52,526 bases of DNA from positions 1 through 52,526 of the forward strand of contig CALWJB010000071.1 in NCBI GenBank assembly GCA_944380895.1, given 5' to 3'. Position 1 is the stretch's first letter. Each line of letters begins with the position of its first letter. The notes under the pieces were generated by a model. The model searched no databases, was not told where the DNA came from, and saw only the letters and a program-made list of their open reading frames with translations. Positions 8,827-18,500 of the stretch are shown piece by piece. This stretch comes from an uncultured Clostridia bacterium (GTDB lineage Bacteria; Bacillota; Clostridia; Oscillospirales; Acutalibacteraceae). The position numbers and the translations under genes were made by a program.

Positions 8827-10200
8827 TTAGCAAATATTCGTATTTGTTTCTGTGGCTTTTTTATGAGTTACACCAAGGTAAAGTGCAATAAAGAACCATG
8901 CTATGACAAATATATACCCAATAAAGCTACTCAAAATTCTATAACTTGCCATGCCGATTATTTGGTTAATAAGATTTAAAGTAGAACCACCTTGTTTTGA
9001 AATTCTTGCTCCAAAAGTTTCAATCCACGCTTGAGTTTTAGAACGTACATCCGCGCTTGTCGGAATATAAAGCTGTTTTAGTGAAGGTCCGTTTAGTGAG
9101 TAGTGTATTGCTTTGCAAGAAACCATCATCCAGAACAGGAAATTCAAACTGTAGGAATTTAGAGTTCCTAGCAGCGTCAAACTCAAGAAAATACTAAGAG
9201 CAATTCCAAAAAATACAGGTATACATGCGAGTGAAATTTTTAGTCCTAATTTTTTGGTTATCTTATTCACGCCAAGCAACAGGAATATCAAAGCAACTGT
9301 TCCTAAAACTGAATTATAAGTTGATAAATATTGTGTTAATTCCCCGCCTTGATATACTTTTGCAGCCTCGACTTTGAAATTAAAATCAAATATCATTGTT
9401 ATAAATTCGAAAAAAAAGTTAACCGCAAGTATGGCAATTAAATATTTGTGCGAAAATAATAACTTTAAACCTTCGATAAAGCCTGTTTTCTTCCTTTTTT
9501 CAGAAGGCTCGATTTCTTTCGAGGGGGATTGAGATTTCATTAAATCATCGGGAGTCTTTTTGTAAAGATGATTTACAAGCGGCGCAATCAGAAACGTAAA
9601 GATTCCTACTATAGCTATAGAAATCGCGTCGGATTTAACCCCTAAACTAATTGGAAGATTTATAAACAAGAGCGGAGTAACAACGGTTCCAAGCTGACCT
9701 ATCATATATACAAACGGAAATCCTGTTTTTGCAGATTCAGATTTTGTTATATCCGTTGAAAATGACCAAAATAACGCCACGACAATAGAACCAAAACTCT
9801 CGACGATACAATAAAACAAGTATCCCAAAACAGTTGTAAGAATACTTTTTTGAATCATCCCACTCTGATATACCCACACAAACACTGCGTAAGCAAGTGT
9901 TAAAGTTCCGTAAAATACAGGCGGTAAAGTACATAAAAGCTTATGTTTTGGAAAAAAATCTAACAATTTGGTATAAACGGCCACGGCTACACCTATGAAA
10001 ATTACAGAAATAAATTTTGCATATGGTTGAAATTCGGCACCCACAAGTTGAGCAAACAGGGAATCTTTAAGTGGTCTCATCATGTAGTATATTCCAAGTA
10101 TAACTGAGAGTATCGAACCCATTCTGGCAAATTTTCTAAACTCACTCTCTTCGAATTCGCCAAAATTAAATTTACACAGAGACATAAAAAATTTTATCAT
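8827..10200 (-). CDS. NTT/TLC-family (ATP/ADP-translocase-like, Npt1-type) nucleotide transporter homologue
   Basis: 457-aa protein with roughly 12 TM segments. By eye, several blocks align to rickettsial Tlc1. [27 protein letters not shown] matches [51 protein letters not shown] matches [41 protein letters not shown] matches [51 protein letters not shown] matches [36 protein letters not shown]. Confidence 0.7.
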   Translation of the reverse strand: [457 protein letters not shown]

Positions 10201-10335
10201 TGAAAGCTACCTCCTTATTTTGTTTTTAGCACATAATATAATATAATTATAACATATTTTGACATAAATTTAAAGCTTTATTTAATGAAAAAATAAATTT
10301 TTTTATTTGCTTTTTTTATACACTATTATTAATGC

Positions 10336-10365
10336 AATAAAAAAGTCCCGATAAAAAATCGGAAC
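10336..10365 (-). terminator. rho-independent terminator after the ABC transporter operon
   Basis: Minus strand reads GTTCCGAT-TTTTT-ATCGGGAC (one mismatch), followed by TTTTT. Confidence 0.55.
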
Positions 10366-10387
10366 AATTTTAATATATTGAATTCTA

Positions 10388-11137
10388 TCAGCTCGACTCG
10401 CCGACTATAAATCTAAACAGGAAGTTTTTGGTTCTTTCATTTTGAGGATTCACCAAAATTTCTTCAGGCGATCCTTCCTCGCAAATCATGCCCTCATCCA
10501 TAAACACTATTCTGTTGGATACTTCCTTTGCAAATGCCATTTCATGAGTAACTATTATCATAGTCATCTGAAGCTCAGCCAAATCGCGCATAACCTTGAG
10601 GACCTCTCCCACTGTTTCGGGATCGAGCGCTGATGTTGGCTCATCAAAAAGCAGTACTTCGGGATCCATTGCCAAAGCTCTTGCAATAGCCACTCTCTGT
10701 TTTTGACCTCCCGAAAGTTGTTTAGGCTTTGCGTCTATGAATTTGGACATTTGAACCTTGTCCAAAAATCTGAGTGCATTTTCTTTTGCTTCCGATTCTT
10801 TCTTTTTTAAAACTTTTACTTGTCCCACCGTACAGTTATCAAGAACATTCAAATTGTTAAACAAATTAAACTGCTGAAAAACCATGCCAACCTTTGAACG
10901 ATATAAATCTACATCATATTTATCCTCAAGAACATTTTTTCCTTTATATATAATCTCACCTTGTGTGGGATAATCCAGCAAATTAATGCACCGAAGAAAA
11001 GTTGATTTTCCTGAACCGGAAGGACCAATAATACAAGAAACGTCACCCTTATTTACTTTGAAATTTATTCCGTTTAAGATATTGTTTTCGCCAAAAGATT
11101 TATGAAGATTTTTTATAGTTATAATATTACTATCCAT
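10388..11137 (-). CDS. polar amino-acid ABC transporter, ATP-binding protein
   Basis: Walker [10 protein letters not shown], signature [15 protein letters not shown] and Walker [12 protein letters not shown]. GlnQ/TcyC-like. Confidence 0.9.
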   Translation of the reverse strand: MDSNIITIKNLHKSFGENNILNGINFKVNKGDVSCIIGPSGSGKSTFLRCINLLDYPTQGEIIYKGKNVLEDKYDVDLYRSKVGMVFQQFNLFNNLNVLDNCTVGQVKVLKKKESEAKENALRFLDKVQMSKFIDAKPKQLSGGQKQRVAIARALAMDPEVLLFDEPTSALDPETVGEVLKVMRDLAELQMTMIIVTHEMAFAKEVSNRIVFMDEGMICEEGSPEEILVNPQNERTKNFLFRFIVGESS

Positions 11138-11904
11138 TATTTATCCCCCGATTTTTTAGCAAATACTATCGGCATCGTCGATGAAACATGAACAAATTCT
11201 TGTGGTCCGTCCATGTGTTTTTCCAAAAGCTTGAGAAGACGCGTAACTGTAAGTGTCAAAACAAAATAAATGACAGCGGCAACTATAAAAGTCTCATAAG
11301 TTCTAAAGATAGCACCTTTAATTGTTTTCGTTACAAAGAAAAGTTCCGTGACAGATATCACATTAAGTACAGATGTATCTTTTATATTTATAATAAATTC
11401 ATTACCTGTTGCAGGAAGTATATTTCTTATTGTCTGCGGTAAAATTATATTCCACATAGCTTGACCGTGTGTCATACCAATAGCTTTTGCAGCTTCCATT
11501 TGCCCCGGATCTACGCTTTCTATTCCGCCACGGACAACCTCAACCATATATGCACCTGTATTAATCGAAACAATTATTATTCCCGCTATTGTTGGATTAA
11601 AATTAATTCCCAAAAACTCTTGCATTCCAAAATACAAAACTATTGCTTGAACCATCATAGGCGTCCCACGAAAAATTTCGACATAGCAAGTTATTAAAAA
11701 ATTTACTGCCGACATAAATATTCTATTAAATTTATTGCGAGAAACAGGAATCTTTTTTACCGTTCCGAGTCCGAGACCTATCAAAAAGCCAACTACTGTT
11801 CCAAGTAATGCTATCATTAATGTAATGCCTGTACCTTGTAAAAACCATAAACCATAGTACTGAAGTATATAGGAAATCCATTCAAAAAATGATTTTTCTA
11901 CCAT
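11137..11904 (-). CDS. polar amino-acid ABC transporter permease
   Basis: Multi-TM protein with the EAA-loop block [22 protein letters not shown]. Its stop and start abut the ATPase gene. Confidence 0.9.
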   Translation of the reverse strand: MVEKSFFEWISYILQYYGLWFLQGTGITLMIALLGTVVGFLIGLGLGTVKKIPVSRNKFNRIFMSAVNFLITCYVEIFRGTPMMVQAIVLYFGMQEFLGINFNPTIAGIIIVSINTGAYMVEVVRGGIESVDPGQMEAAKAIGMTHGQAMWNIILPQTIRNILPATGNEFIINIKDTSVLNVISVTELFFVTKTIKGAIFRTYETFIVAAVIYFVLTLTVTRLLKLLEKHMDGPQEFVHVSSTMPIVFAKKSGDK

Positions 11905-11927
11905 TATTTTAATATACCTCCAATTAT

Positions 11928-12788
11928 TTAATCTATCGCCGATGCAGGTTGATGTTCTACCGCTTCTTCCATTAATTTCGTCCTCGTTTCGTTATCAATC
12001 TTAGAAAGTGCGGCATTTATCTCTTCTCTTATGGGATTACCTTTTTTAACTCCTATTGCGATCGAAACTTCGTCCTGTGAAAAATTAAACCCTTTTCCCT
12101 TTTCAAATTCTATGTACTTGAGATTCGGATTAGTATACGCAGCAACCATTGCCGCAGGACGTTCGCTCACATATCCATCTATTTTTCCCGCATTGACAGC
12201 CGATACCATAGCTGAAAAATCTTCCATGGCAACTTGTTTTACAGCATTTGGAATTTGATCTATAAACAAATCATAATGAACAGTACTGAGCTGCCCGGTT
12301 ATTCTGGCACCGTCAAAATCATCCAGTGATTTTGCATTCGCATAAGGGCCGTCTTTCTTTACAACAATTACTATGTCGCTGTCATAATAATTATCAGTAA
12401 AATCCATACTCCGTTTTCTTTCTTCGGTCGCAGACATACCTGCAATTATCGCGTCGATTTTGCCGGAAGTAAGTGCAGGAAGCAATCCGTCCCAATCTAT
12501 CTTAACTATTTGCAGCTTACGTCCCATATTCTCGGCTATCAATTTTGCCATATGAACGTCATAACCGTTGGCATACCACATCGGAGCAACTTCAATTCCG
12601 CCGTGGTGATCATTCGGCTGTATCCAGTTAAACGGTGCATAAGCGCATTCCATACCAACTTTAAACACAGGCTTTTCATCTTCCGCATCTTTAGTGCATC
12701 CCGAAAAACATAATAAGACAATTGAAAAAATTATACTAGTTTTTAAAAAATTTATAAACGCTTTCATTTTATTATTCCTTTCATACAT
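11928..12788 (-). CDS. amino-acid ABC transporter substrate-binding lipoprotein
   Basis: Family-3 solute-binding pattern (DGLLPALTSGKIDAIIAGMSATEERK). The N-terminus has a lipobox-like FSGC. A likelier start is the second Met at 12767, with AAAGGA upstream. Confidence 0.85.
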   Translation of the reverse strand: MYERNNKMKAFINFLKTSIIFSIVLLCFSGCTKDAEDEKPVFKVGMECAYAPFNWIQPNDHHGGIEVAPMWYANGYDVHMAKLIAENMGRKLQIVKIDWDGLLPALTSGKIDAIIAGMSATEERKRSMDFTDNYYDSDIVIVVKKDGPYANAKSLDDFDGARITGQLSTVHYDLFIDQIPNAVKQVAMEDFSAMVSAVNAGKIDGYVSERPAAMVAAYTNPNLKYIEFEKGKGFNFSQDEVSIAIGVKKGNPIREEINAALSKIDNETRTKLMEEAVEHQPASAID

Positions 12789-12804
12789 AATAATTTATAC
12801 CTAT

Positions 12805-12840
12805 CAAAAAAATTGTGCAACTACTTCTTTGGAGTTGCAC
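12805..12840 (-). terminator. rho-independent terminator after the Cys-rich gene
   Basis: GTGCAACT (12815-12822) pairs with AGTTGCAC (12833-12840) in a perfect 8-bp stem. On the minus strand it is followed by AATTTTTTT. Confidence 0.7.
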
Positions 12841-12904
12841 GCAATATAAATTATGGTATAAGCACTAAACAACGAAAGCCTTACACATCAAACAGCATAA
12901 TTCA

Positions 12905-13384
12905 TTACTCTTCGCCACAGTGGCAGCCGCACTCACAATCATCATCACAATGGCATTCGGGATTACAATCACAATCACAGTCACAACCGTCTATATCGCT
13001 CAAATCAAATTCTAAAACTTCCCCGCAGCCCGGACAATTAATTTGTCCATCACAAAGCGTATCTTCGTCAAAACACGATGTTTTTCCGCAAGAAGGACAT
13101 TTCACTTCATAAAAGTCGTCATCATCATCGCAATCGCAACAGCTGCAATCATCACATTTATCGCTGCCAAAAACTTCTTTTTCAACATCACAAAGATCTT
13201 CATCAATAATGCTGAGCTGCTCACAAATATCATCGACGTCTTCTTCCAGATTACTAAAAGACGAAGAAATGCTGTCCATCCATTCAAGAATCGCAGATAT
13301 AGCTTTAGTTTCCTTTTTATCATCATCGAGCTCCAAGCCCTCGATTAATCCTTTAACATATGCTGATTTTTCTTTAACTGTCAT
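12905..13384 (-). CDS. Cys/Asp-rich zinc-ribbon protein with metallothionein-like tail
   Basis: Start chosen at the ATG at 13384, 9 nt after GGAGG (MTVKEK...). It has a helical N-domain, a CxxC...CxxC ribbon (KCPSCG...CPGCG) and the tail DGCDCDCDCNPECHCDDDCECGCHCGEE. It lies 48 nt downstream of efp. Confidence 0.75.
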   Translation of the reverse strand: MTVKEKSAYVKGLIEGLELDDDKKETKAISAILEWMDSISSSFSNLEEDVDDICEQLSIIDEDLCDVEKEVFGSDKCDDCSCCDCDDDDDFYEVKCPSCGKTSCFDEDTLCDGQINCPGCGEVLEFDLSDIDGCDCDCDCNPECHCDDDCECGCHCGEE

Positions 13385-13432
13385 TTTTAATTTCCTCCAC
13401 AATTTTAAATCGTATTTTATTTATAGTATTTA

Positions 13433-13990
13433 CTATGCTCTTTCAAGATATTCACCCGTACGAGTGTCAATTTTTATTTTGTCGCCTTCCTCAACAAACA
13501 GCGGAACTTTTATTTCTGCTCCCGTTTCCAAAGTTGCCGGCTTAGTTGCATTTGTTGCCGTATCTCCTTTGAATCCAACATCGGTTTGTGTTACAAGAAG
13601 CTCAACAAACAGCGGGGGCTCGACTCCAAAAACGTTACCTTTATATGAAAGCACTTTGCAAATCATATTCTCCTTCACAAATTTAAAATTATCGCCCAAA
13701 ACCGATGAATTAATCGGAATTTGCTCATAAGTCTCGTTATCCATGAAGTAATAAAGGTCACCGTCATTGTAAAGGTACTGCATTTCGCGTCGTTCAATGA
13801 AAGCCTCTTGATATTTATCACTTGGATTAAAAGTTTTTTCTGTAACTGCTCCGGTTATAACGTTTTTCACTTTTGTTCTTACAAATGCCGCACCTTTCCC
13901 CGGTTTAACATGCTGAAACTCAACTATAGACACAACATTCCCATCTAACTCAAAAGTAGTTCCGTTTCTAAAGTCTCCTGCCGATATCAT
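13433..13990 (-). CDS. efp: translation elongation factor P
   Basis: 185 aa. [21 protein letters not shown] and the overall EF-P pattern. Confidence 0.95.
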   Translation of the reverse strand: MISAGDFRNGTTFELDGNVVSIVEFQHVKPGKGAAFVRTKVKNVITGAVTEKTFNPSDKYQEAFIERREMQYLYNDGDLYYFMDNETYEQIPINSSVLGDNFKFVKENMICKVLSYKGNVFGVEPPLFVELLVTQTDVGFKGDTATNATKPATLETGAEIKVPLFVEEGDKIKIDTRTGEYLERA

Positions 13991-14159
13991 AAAATTCCTC
14001 CCGATTAAAATTAAACTGTATAATCAACTAAAACCGATGTTCATAATAAAAATACCATAACCTTAGTCAATTATATACCACAATGAAAAATTATGCAACA
14101 AAAAAATATCGTCATATTTATTTTATTTTTAAAAATTTCAAATTTCTACAAATTTTCCA

Positions 14160-14186
14160 CAAAAACAAGCATCTAAAAAGATGCTT
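14160..14186 (-). terminator. rho-independent terminator after the orphan gene
   Basis: AAGCATC (14167-14173) pairs with GATGCTT (14180-14186). On the minus strand it is followed by GTTTTTG. Confidence 0.6.
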
Positions 14187-14193
14187 AAAAATT

Positions 14194-14772
14194 CTAGGGC
14201 TTATTTTTTTTTACAATCTCATAAATTATATGATTAAATCTAAAAATTTTAGGTCTATTTTTGTTATCAGCAGACTTTGCTTCTTCGTCTTTTGTAGCTT
14301 TTCTACAAACGTATTTGTAGTCATTGTTAATAAAAAATTCGGTACCGGTCTTTTGGAGCGCAGTAAGAGAATTATTGAGCCAACGCTCCAAGCTGCCTCC
14401 CGTCATTTTATTAGCTATTTCTGCCCTTCCTACCGATGATTTAAAATAACGGTGACTTTTAGCACTATGTCTATATGTTCGTAGCGCTTTTAATAGACTA
14501 CTGTAAAGATTCCTGCACTTGTCTAAAAATTCATTAACACTACACTGGAGAATCATTTCAGAACTGCTTACAAAATTTAAGTAATCATTTACAGCTTTAA
14601 TACACTGATCGGCAAATACCAAAAAAGGTGTACTTTCTTTCCTAAGTAATTTTATTCTAAGCTCCCTTATATCTTCAACGTCAATCTTGGAAGATTCATT
14701 CGTCCTACCTTCAACAATAGATGCGAATTTTTCAGCGCCCTTTCTAAGTCTGCTCACTGCGTTATTACCCAT
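14194..14772 (-). CDS. hypothetical helical protein (orphan); reading frame stays open upstream to 14949 without a start
   Basis: 192-aa ORF with no recognisable family. A hairpin terminator follows directly downstream. See the frameshift finding. Confidence 0.5.
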   Translation of the reverse strand: MGNNAVSRLRKGAEKFASIVEGRTNESSKIDVEDIRELRIKLLRKESTPFLVFADQCIKAVNDYLNFVSSSEMILQCSVNEFLDKCRNLYSSLLKALRTYRHSAKSHRYFKSSVGRAEIANKMTGGSLERWLNNSLTALQKTGTEFFINNDYKYVCRKATKDEEAKSADNKNRPKIFRFNHIIYEIVKKNKP

Positions 14773-14920
14773 TTTACAAATTAGCTCACTAACATCACCA
14801 CTTTCGTCTGTTTTTTTATCATGTTCCCGTCTTAGAACTCTATTTATTTTATCAATTTCAGTTTCAATAGCTTCCCTGAAATTATTAACATTTCTGTAAT
14901 CAAAAAAATTTTTTTCTCTC

Positions 14921-14995
14921 TTAGCACCACGACTCCTGTTTAGCCAATTTTAAAAAGTTTTGATACGTAACTGTTGGTGTACTTTTTGCGCCCAT
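14921..14995 (-). pseudogene. 24-codon ORF with strong RBS, probably the displaced N-terminus of the 14194-14772 gene (1-nt frame offset)
   Basis: GGGAGAG sits 8 nt before the ATG at 14995. The ORF reads MGAKSTPTVTYQNFLKLAKQESWC*. The downstream gene's frame is already open from 14949, and the two frames overlap across a T5A4 run (14945-14957). Confidence 0.4.
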
Positions 14996-15237
14996 CCAAA
15001 ACACTCTCCCTAAAACTTCTTTCTTTTTTGTTTATATTTTAAAAAATAATAACCAAGCCATGATAGAACTTTTTCATATCCTATACATCTAATCGGACTA
15101 ATTTTTTAGCTCTTTTCCCCACATTTTTTTACAAGGCATTTTAAAATATTTAATTTTATTTTATTACCTAATCAATATCCTCACTATTAATTTTTTCTTT
15201 TACCATACTAATCATTCCTTATCTAAAATTAAATCAC

Positions 15238-15257
15238 AGAGAGTTATAGTGCTCTCT
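15238..15257 (-). terminator. weak hairpin downstream of gatB
   Basis: AGAGAG / CTCTCT forms a 6-bp stem with an 8-nt loop. On the minus strand it is followed by TGATTTAATTTT. A TTGACA-16 nt-TATAAT promoter-like element (15292-15265, minus strand) lies just upstream of it. Confidence 0.3.
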
Positions 15258-15325
15258 AACTAATATTATATATTATTTTTGTTTTGTGTCAACTGTTTTT
15301 TAGTAATAACTTTTATTTTTTGCGG

Positions 15326-16765
15326 CTATTTCACAATTATACCTTTTAATATCTCTTCTATTTCTTGAGCGTTTCCCCTGCCCCTCGTCTGTTTCATAAC
15401 ACTTCCCAAAAGTGCTTTTAATGCCTTTTCTTTACCGCTGAGATAATCTTTTACGGCATTTTCATTAGCTTTAACAGCTTCTTCACACATTTTCTTCATT
15501 TCTTCGCGTGAAATTCCCTTCATATCACTCTCTGAAACAAATTCGGTTACAGGCTTTCCACTTTCAAGCATTTTTATCAGTGCTTTCTTTGCCAAATTCA
15601 TATTGAGTTTACCGGATTCTATCAATTTGGCCAATTCATTAATTTGATTTGGTGCAGTCAAAATTTTAAATTCTTCTTTTTCCGCTTCTGTTTCCAAACT
15701 TCTAAAAATTTGTCCTATTATAAAATTCGAAACAGTTTTTACATTTTTCAAACCTTCTATAGCCGATTCAAAATAATCAGACACATTCTTATATTTGACC
15801 AAAAGAACGGCGTCGTTTTCTGATATTCCAAACTCATTTACGTATTTTTTAAAACGCTCACCGGGCAATTCGGGCAATGAATTCCTAATTTCATTAATCT
15901 GCTCTTTTGTCAGGACTATATCAACCAAGTCCGGGTCACGAAAATACCTATAATCCTGGGCGTCTTCCTTACTACGCATGCTTTCGGTAGAATTTGTCTC
16001 AGGCAAATATCTGAGTGTCTGCTGCATAATCTTTCCGCCGTTTTCAATAATCTCTATGTGACGCTCACGCTCATAATCTATGGCTTTTGCCATAAACGTT
16101 ATTGAGTTCATGTTCTTTATTTCTGTGCGTATTCCCAATTTATCCGACCCTTCAGGCTTTACCGATACATTTACGTCACATTTGATGGATCCTTCCTGCA
16201 TCTTACAATCCGAAACACCTATATAACGCATAATCATCTGAAGCTTTTCAAGATATTCTTTTGCTTCGTCGGAAGAACTTATATCCGGCTCAGTAACCAC
16301 TTCCAAAAGAGGAACTCCGCCTCGGTTATAATCCACGTAAGTATCGCCACCTTTATAAACCAATTTGGCTGCGTCTTCTTCCATGTGGATATGATTTATA
16401 CGGATTTTTTTGCCACTATCGAGCTCAATGTACCCATTTTTGCATATTGGATCGTAAAACTGCGATATCTGATAAGCTTTCGGTAAATCCGGATAAACAT
16501 AATTTTTTCTGTCCATTTTGGAAATCAAATTTACTTCGCAGTTAAGCGCTAATCCCGCTCGTATTGCAAAATTTACAACCTTTTCATTAAGTTTCGGAAG
16601 CGTTCCGGGATGCCCCAAGCAAATCGGACAGCAATTGGTGTTGGGCTCGGAGCCGAATTTATTTGCACAGTTACAAAATATCTTAGTTTTTGTATTTAGT
16701 TCAACATGCGTTTCAAGTCCCACTACTAAATCATATCTCACAGTCTTACCCCCATATCTACACAT
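15326..16765 (-). CDS. gatB: Asp/Glu-tRNA amidotransferase subunit B
   Basis: YDLVVGLETHVELNTKTKIFC and the C-terminal GatB/YqeY domain. A likelier start is the GTG at 16741, preceded by GGGGGTAAG and overlapping the gatA TGA (GTGA). Confidence 0.95.
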   Translation of the reverse strand: MCRYGGKTVRYDLVVGLETHVELNTKTKIFCNCANKFGSEPNTNCCPICLGHPGTLPKLNEKVVNFAIRAGLALNCEVNLISKMDRKNYVYPDLPKAYQISQFYDPICKNGYIELDSGKKIRINHIHMEEDAAKLVYKGGDTYVDYNRGGVPLLEVVTEPDISSSDEAKEYLEKLQMIMRYIGVSDCKMQEGSIKCDVNVSVKPEGSDKLGIRTEIKNMNSITFMAKAIDYERERHIEIIENGGKIMQQTLRYLPETNSTESMRSKEDAQDYRYFRDPDLVDIVLTKEQINEIRNSLPELPGERFKKYVNEFGISENDAVLLVKYKNVSDYFESAIEGLKNVKTVSNFIIGQIFRSLETEAEKEEFKILTAPNQINELAKLIESGKLNMNLAKKALIKMLESGKPVTEFVSESDMKGISREEMKKMCEEAVKANENAVKDYLSGKEKALKALLGSVMKQTRGRGNAQEIEEILKGIIVK

Positions 16766-18210
16766 TTATTGTTTTCATATTGTGTTTCAATCTCATATCT
16801 ATGTGCCACGTTTAAAATCTTACTTTCGCTGAATCTATCGCCTAAAATCTGCATACCCACAGGCAAACCTTTTGAATCAAATCCGCACGGAACCGATATT
16901 CCCGGTATTCCTACTGTATTTACAGGCACGGTGCAAATATCGGCAAGGTAAACTTCTTGAGGGCTGCCATAATTTTTATTCATTGGAAATGCAGTTACGG
17001 GTGATGTTGGTGTAAGAAGAACATCATACTCTCTAAACGCTTTATAAAACGCCGAAGTTATCAATTTTCTTATGTTTTGTGCTTTTTTATAGTATGCATC
17101 ATAATATCCCGAGCTAAGAACATAGTTTCCAAGCAAAATTCTTCTCTTTACTTCTGCGCCAAAACCTTCGCTGCGTGTCTTACACATCATTTCGTTTACA
17201 TCTTTATAATGCTCCGTACGATGACCGTATCTTACGCCATCGAATCTTGCCAAATTAGATGCAGCTTCTGCGCACACCAAAATGTAGTAAACAGGCAGCG
17301 TATACTTTACTTCTGGCAAACTGAAATATTCTATTTTTACTCCCATGCTTTCATATACTTTCATTGCCTCTTCGATCAGCTTTCGCACTTCTTCGTCAAC
17401 ACCGTCGTAGTATTCTTTTGGTATACCCATTTTTAGTCCTTTAATGTCGCCGCTTAAACTTTCATACGAGTTTGGAGTATATTTGGGACTCGATGTTGAA
17501 TCCATGGGGTCATATCCTGCAATGGAGTCGAATATAATTGAGGCATCTTCTGCAGTTTGTGCGAGTACTCCTATTTGGTCAAACCCTGAACCATAGGCTA
17601 TAAGTCCATAGCGCGAAACACTTCCGTACGTAGGCTTTAATCCCACAATACCACAAAAACTTGCCGGTTGTCTCACCGATCCGCCTGTATCGGAGCCCAG
17701 CGCATAAGCTGCTATATTTCCTGCAACCGCAGCAGCTCCCCCGCCTGAACTTCCTCCCGTAACATAATCTGTATTATGTGGATTTTTCGATCCTCCGATA
17801 CAAGAATTTTCACACGATGAACCCATAGCAAATTCATCCATGTTAGTCTTTCCTAAAAGCACCGCTCCTTTATCTTTGAGCGTTTTCCAGGCAGTAGCAT
17901 CATAAATCGGTTTATATCCCATTAACATCTTTGAAGCACATGTTGTTTCGATGCCTGCTGTTGATATAACGTCTTTAAGTGTCATAGGCACACCCGCAAG
18001 AATATCTATTTCTTCACCAGCACCCACTTTTTCATCAATTTTTTTAGCTTGTTCCAACGCATCTTCTTCGCAAACCGTAATATAAGCGTTAAGCAAACTT
18101 TTATCTATCTCATCCAGATACTTTTTTGTGAGTTCCATACACGAAATTTCTTTTTTCGAAATAAGCTTATGAATATGTTTAATTATTCCTCTTTTTTGAT
18201 CGCTCATCAA
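16738..18210 (-). CDS. gatA: Asp/Glu-tRNA amidotransferase subunit A
   Basis: Amidase signature GGSSGGGAAAVA and ALGSDTGGSVRQPASFCG. Size is 490 aa. Confidence 0.95.
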   Translation of the reverse strand: MMSDQKRGIIKHIHKLISKKEISCMELTKKYLDEIDKSLLNAYITVCEEDALEQAKKIDEKVGAGEEIDILAGVPMTLKDVISTAGIETTCASKMLMGYKPIYDATAWKTLKDKGAVLLGKTNMDEFAMGSSCENSCIGGSKNPHNTDYVTGGSSGGGAAAVAGNIAAYALGSDTGGSVRQPASFCGIVGLKPTYGSVSRYGLIAYGSGFDQIGVLAQTAEDASIIFDSIAGYDPMDSTSSPKYTPNSYESLSGDIKGLKMGIPKEYYDGVDEEVRKLIEEAMKVYESMGVKIEYFSLPEVKYTLPVYYILVCAEAASNLARFDGVRYGHRTEHYKDVNEMMCKTRSEGFGAEVKRRILLGNYVLSSGYYDAYYKKAQNIRKLITSAFYKAFREYDVLLTPTSPVTAFPMNKNYGSPQEVYLADICTVPVNTVGIPGISVPCGFDSKGLPVGMQILGDRFSESKILNVAHRYEIETQYENNKCVDMGVRL

Positions 18211-18221
18211 ACTAATCCTCC

Positions 18222-18500
18222 TTAATTAAATTTTTTAATGTAAAAGTATCCGTCTTTTCCACCATCTACACTTTCCAAAATCTTATTTTGTGGATATGAT
18301 TCCTTTATTTCATCTTCGTGAAAAGCATTGCTTATACTGTTAAATTCCGGCAAATCTTTAAAATCGACATCAATTTTATCAATCTTTTTGGCAAAATTTA
18401 TCATTCCGTCCATTTCTTTCCTTGCGTCCTCTATTTCCGATTCATCAAGATAAAGTTTTGAAAGGTTTGCTATATTTAAAACTTCTTCTCTGCTTATCAT
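18222..18500 (-). CDS. gatC: Asp/Glu-tRNA amidotransferase subunit C
   Basis: 92 aa, positioned between aspS and gatA. It has the typical N-terminus (...VLNIANLSKLYLDESEIE...). Confidence 0.9.
   Translation of the reverse strand: MISREEVLNIANLSKLYLDESEIEDARKEMDGMINFAKKIDKIDVDFKDLPEFNSISNAFHEDEIKESYPQNKILESVDGGKDGYFYIKKFN

Noticed and set aside
13209-13730. A 173-aa plus-strand ORF spanning the efp / Cys-rich gene junction.
   Set aside because: It is antisense to two genes with strong protein signatures (EF-P, zinc ribbon). It has Ser-rich low-complexity composition and no RBS.
15000-15235. Tiny ORFs (12-15 codons, e.g. MISMVKEKINSEDID, MPCKKMWGKELKN, MKKFYHGLVIIF on the minus strand) in the leader of the orphan gene.
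   Set aside because: They are too short and lack convincing RBSs. They are indistinguishable from chance in AT-rich DNA.
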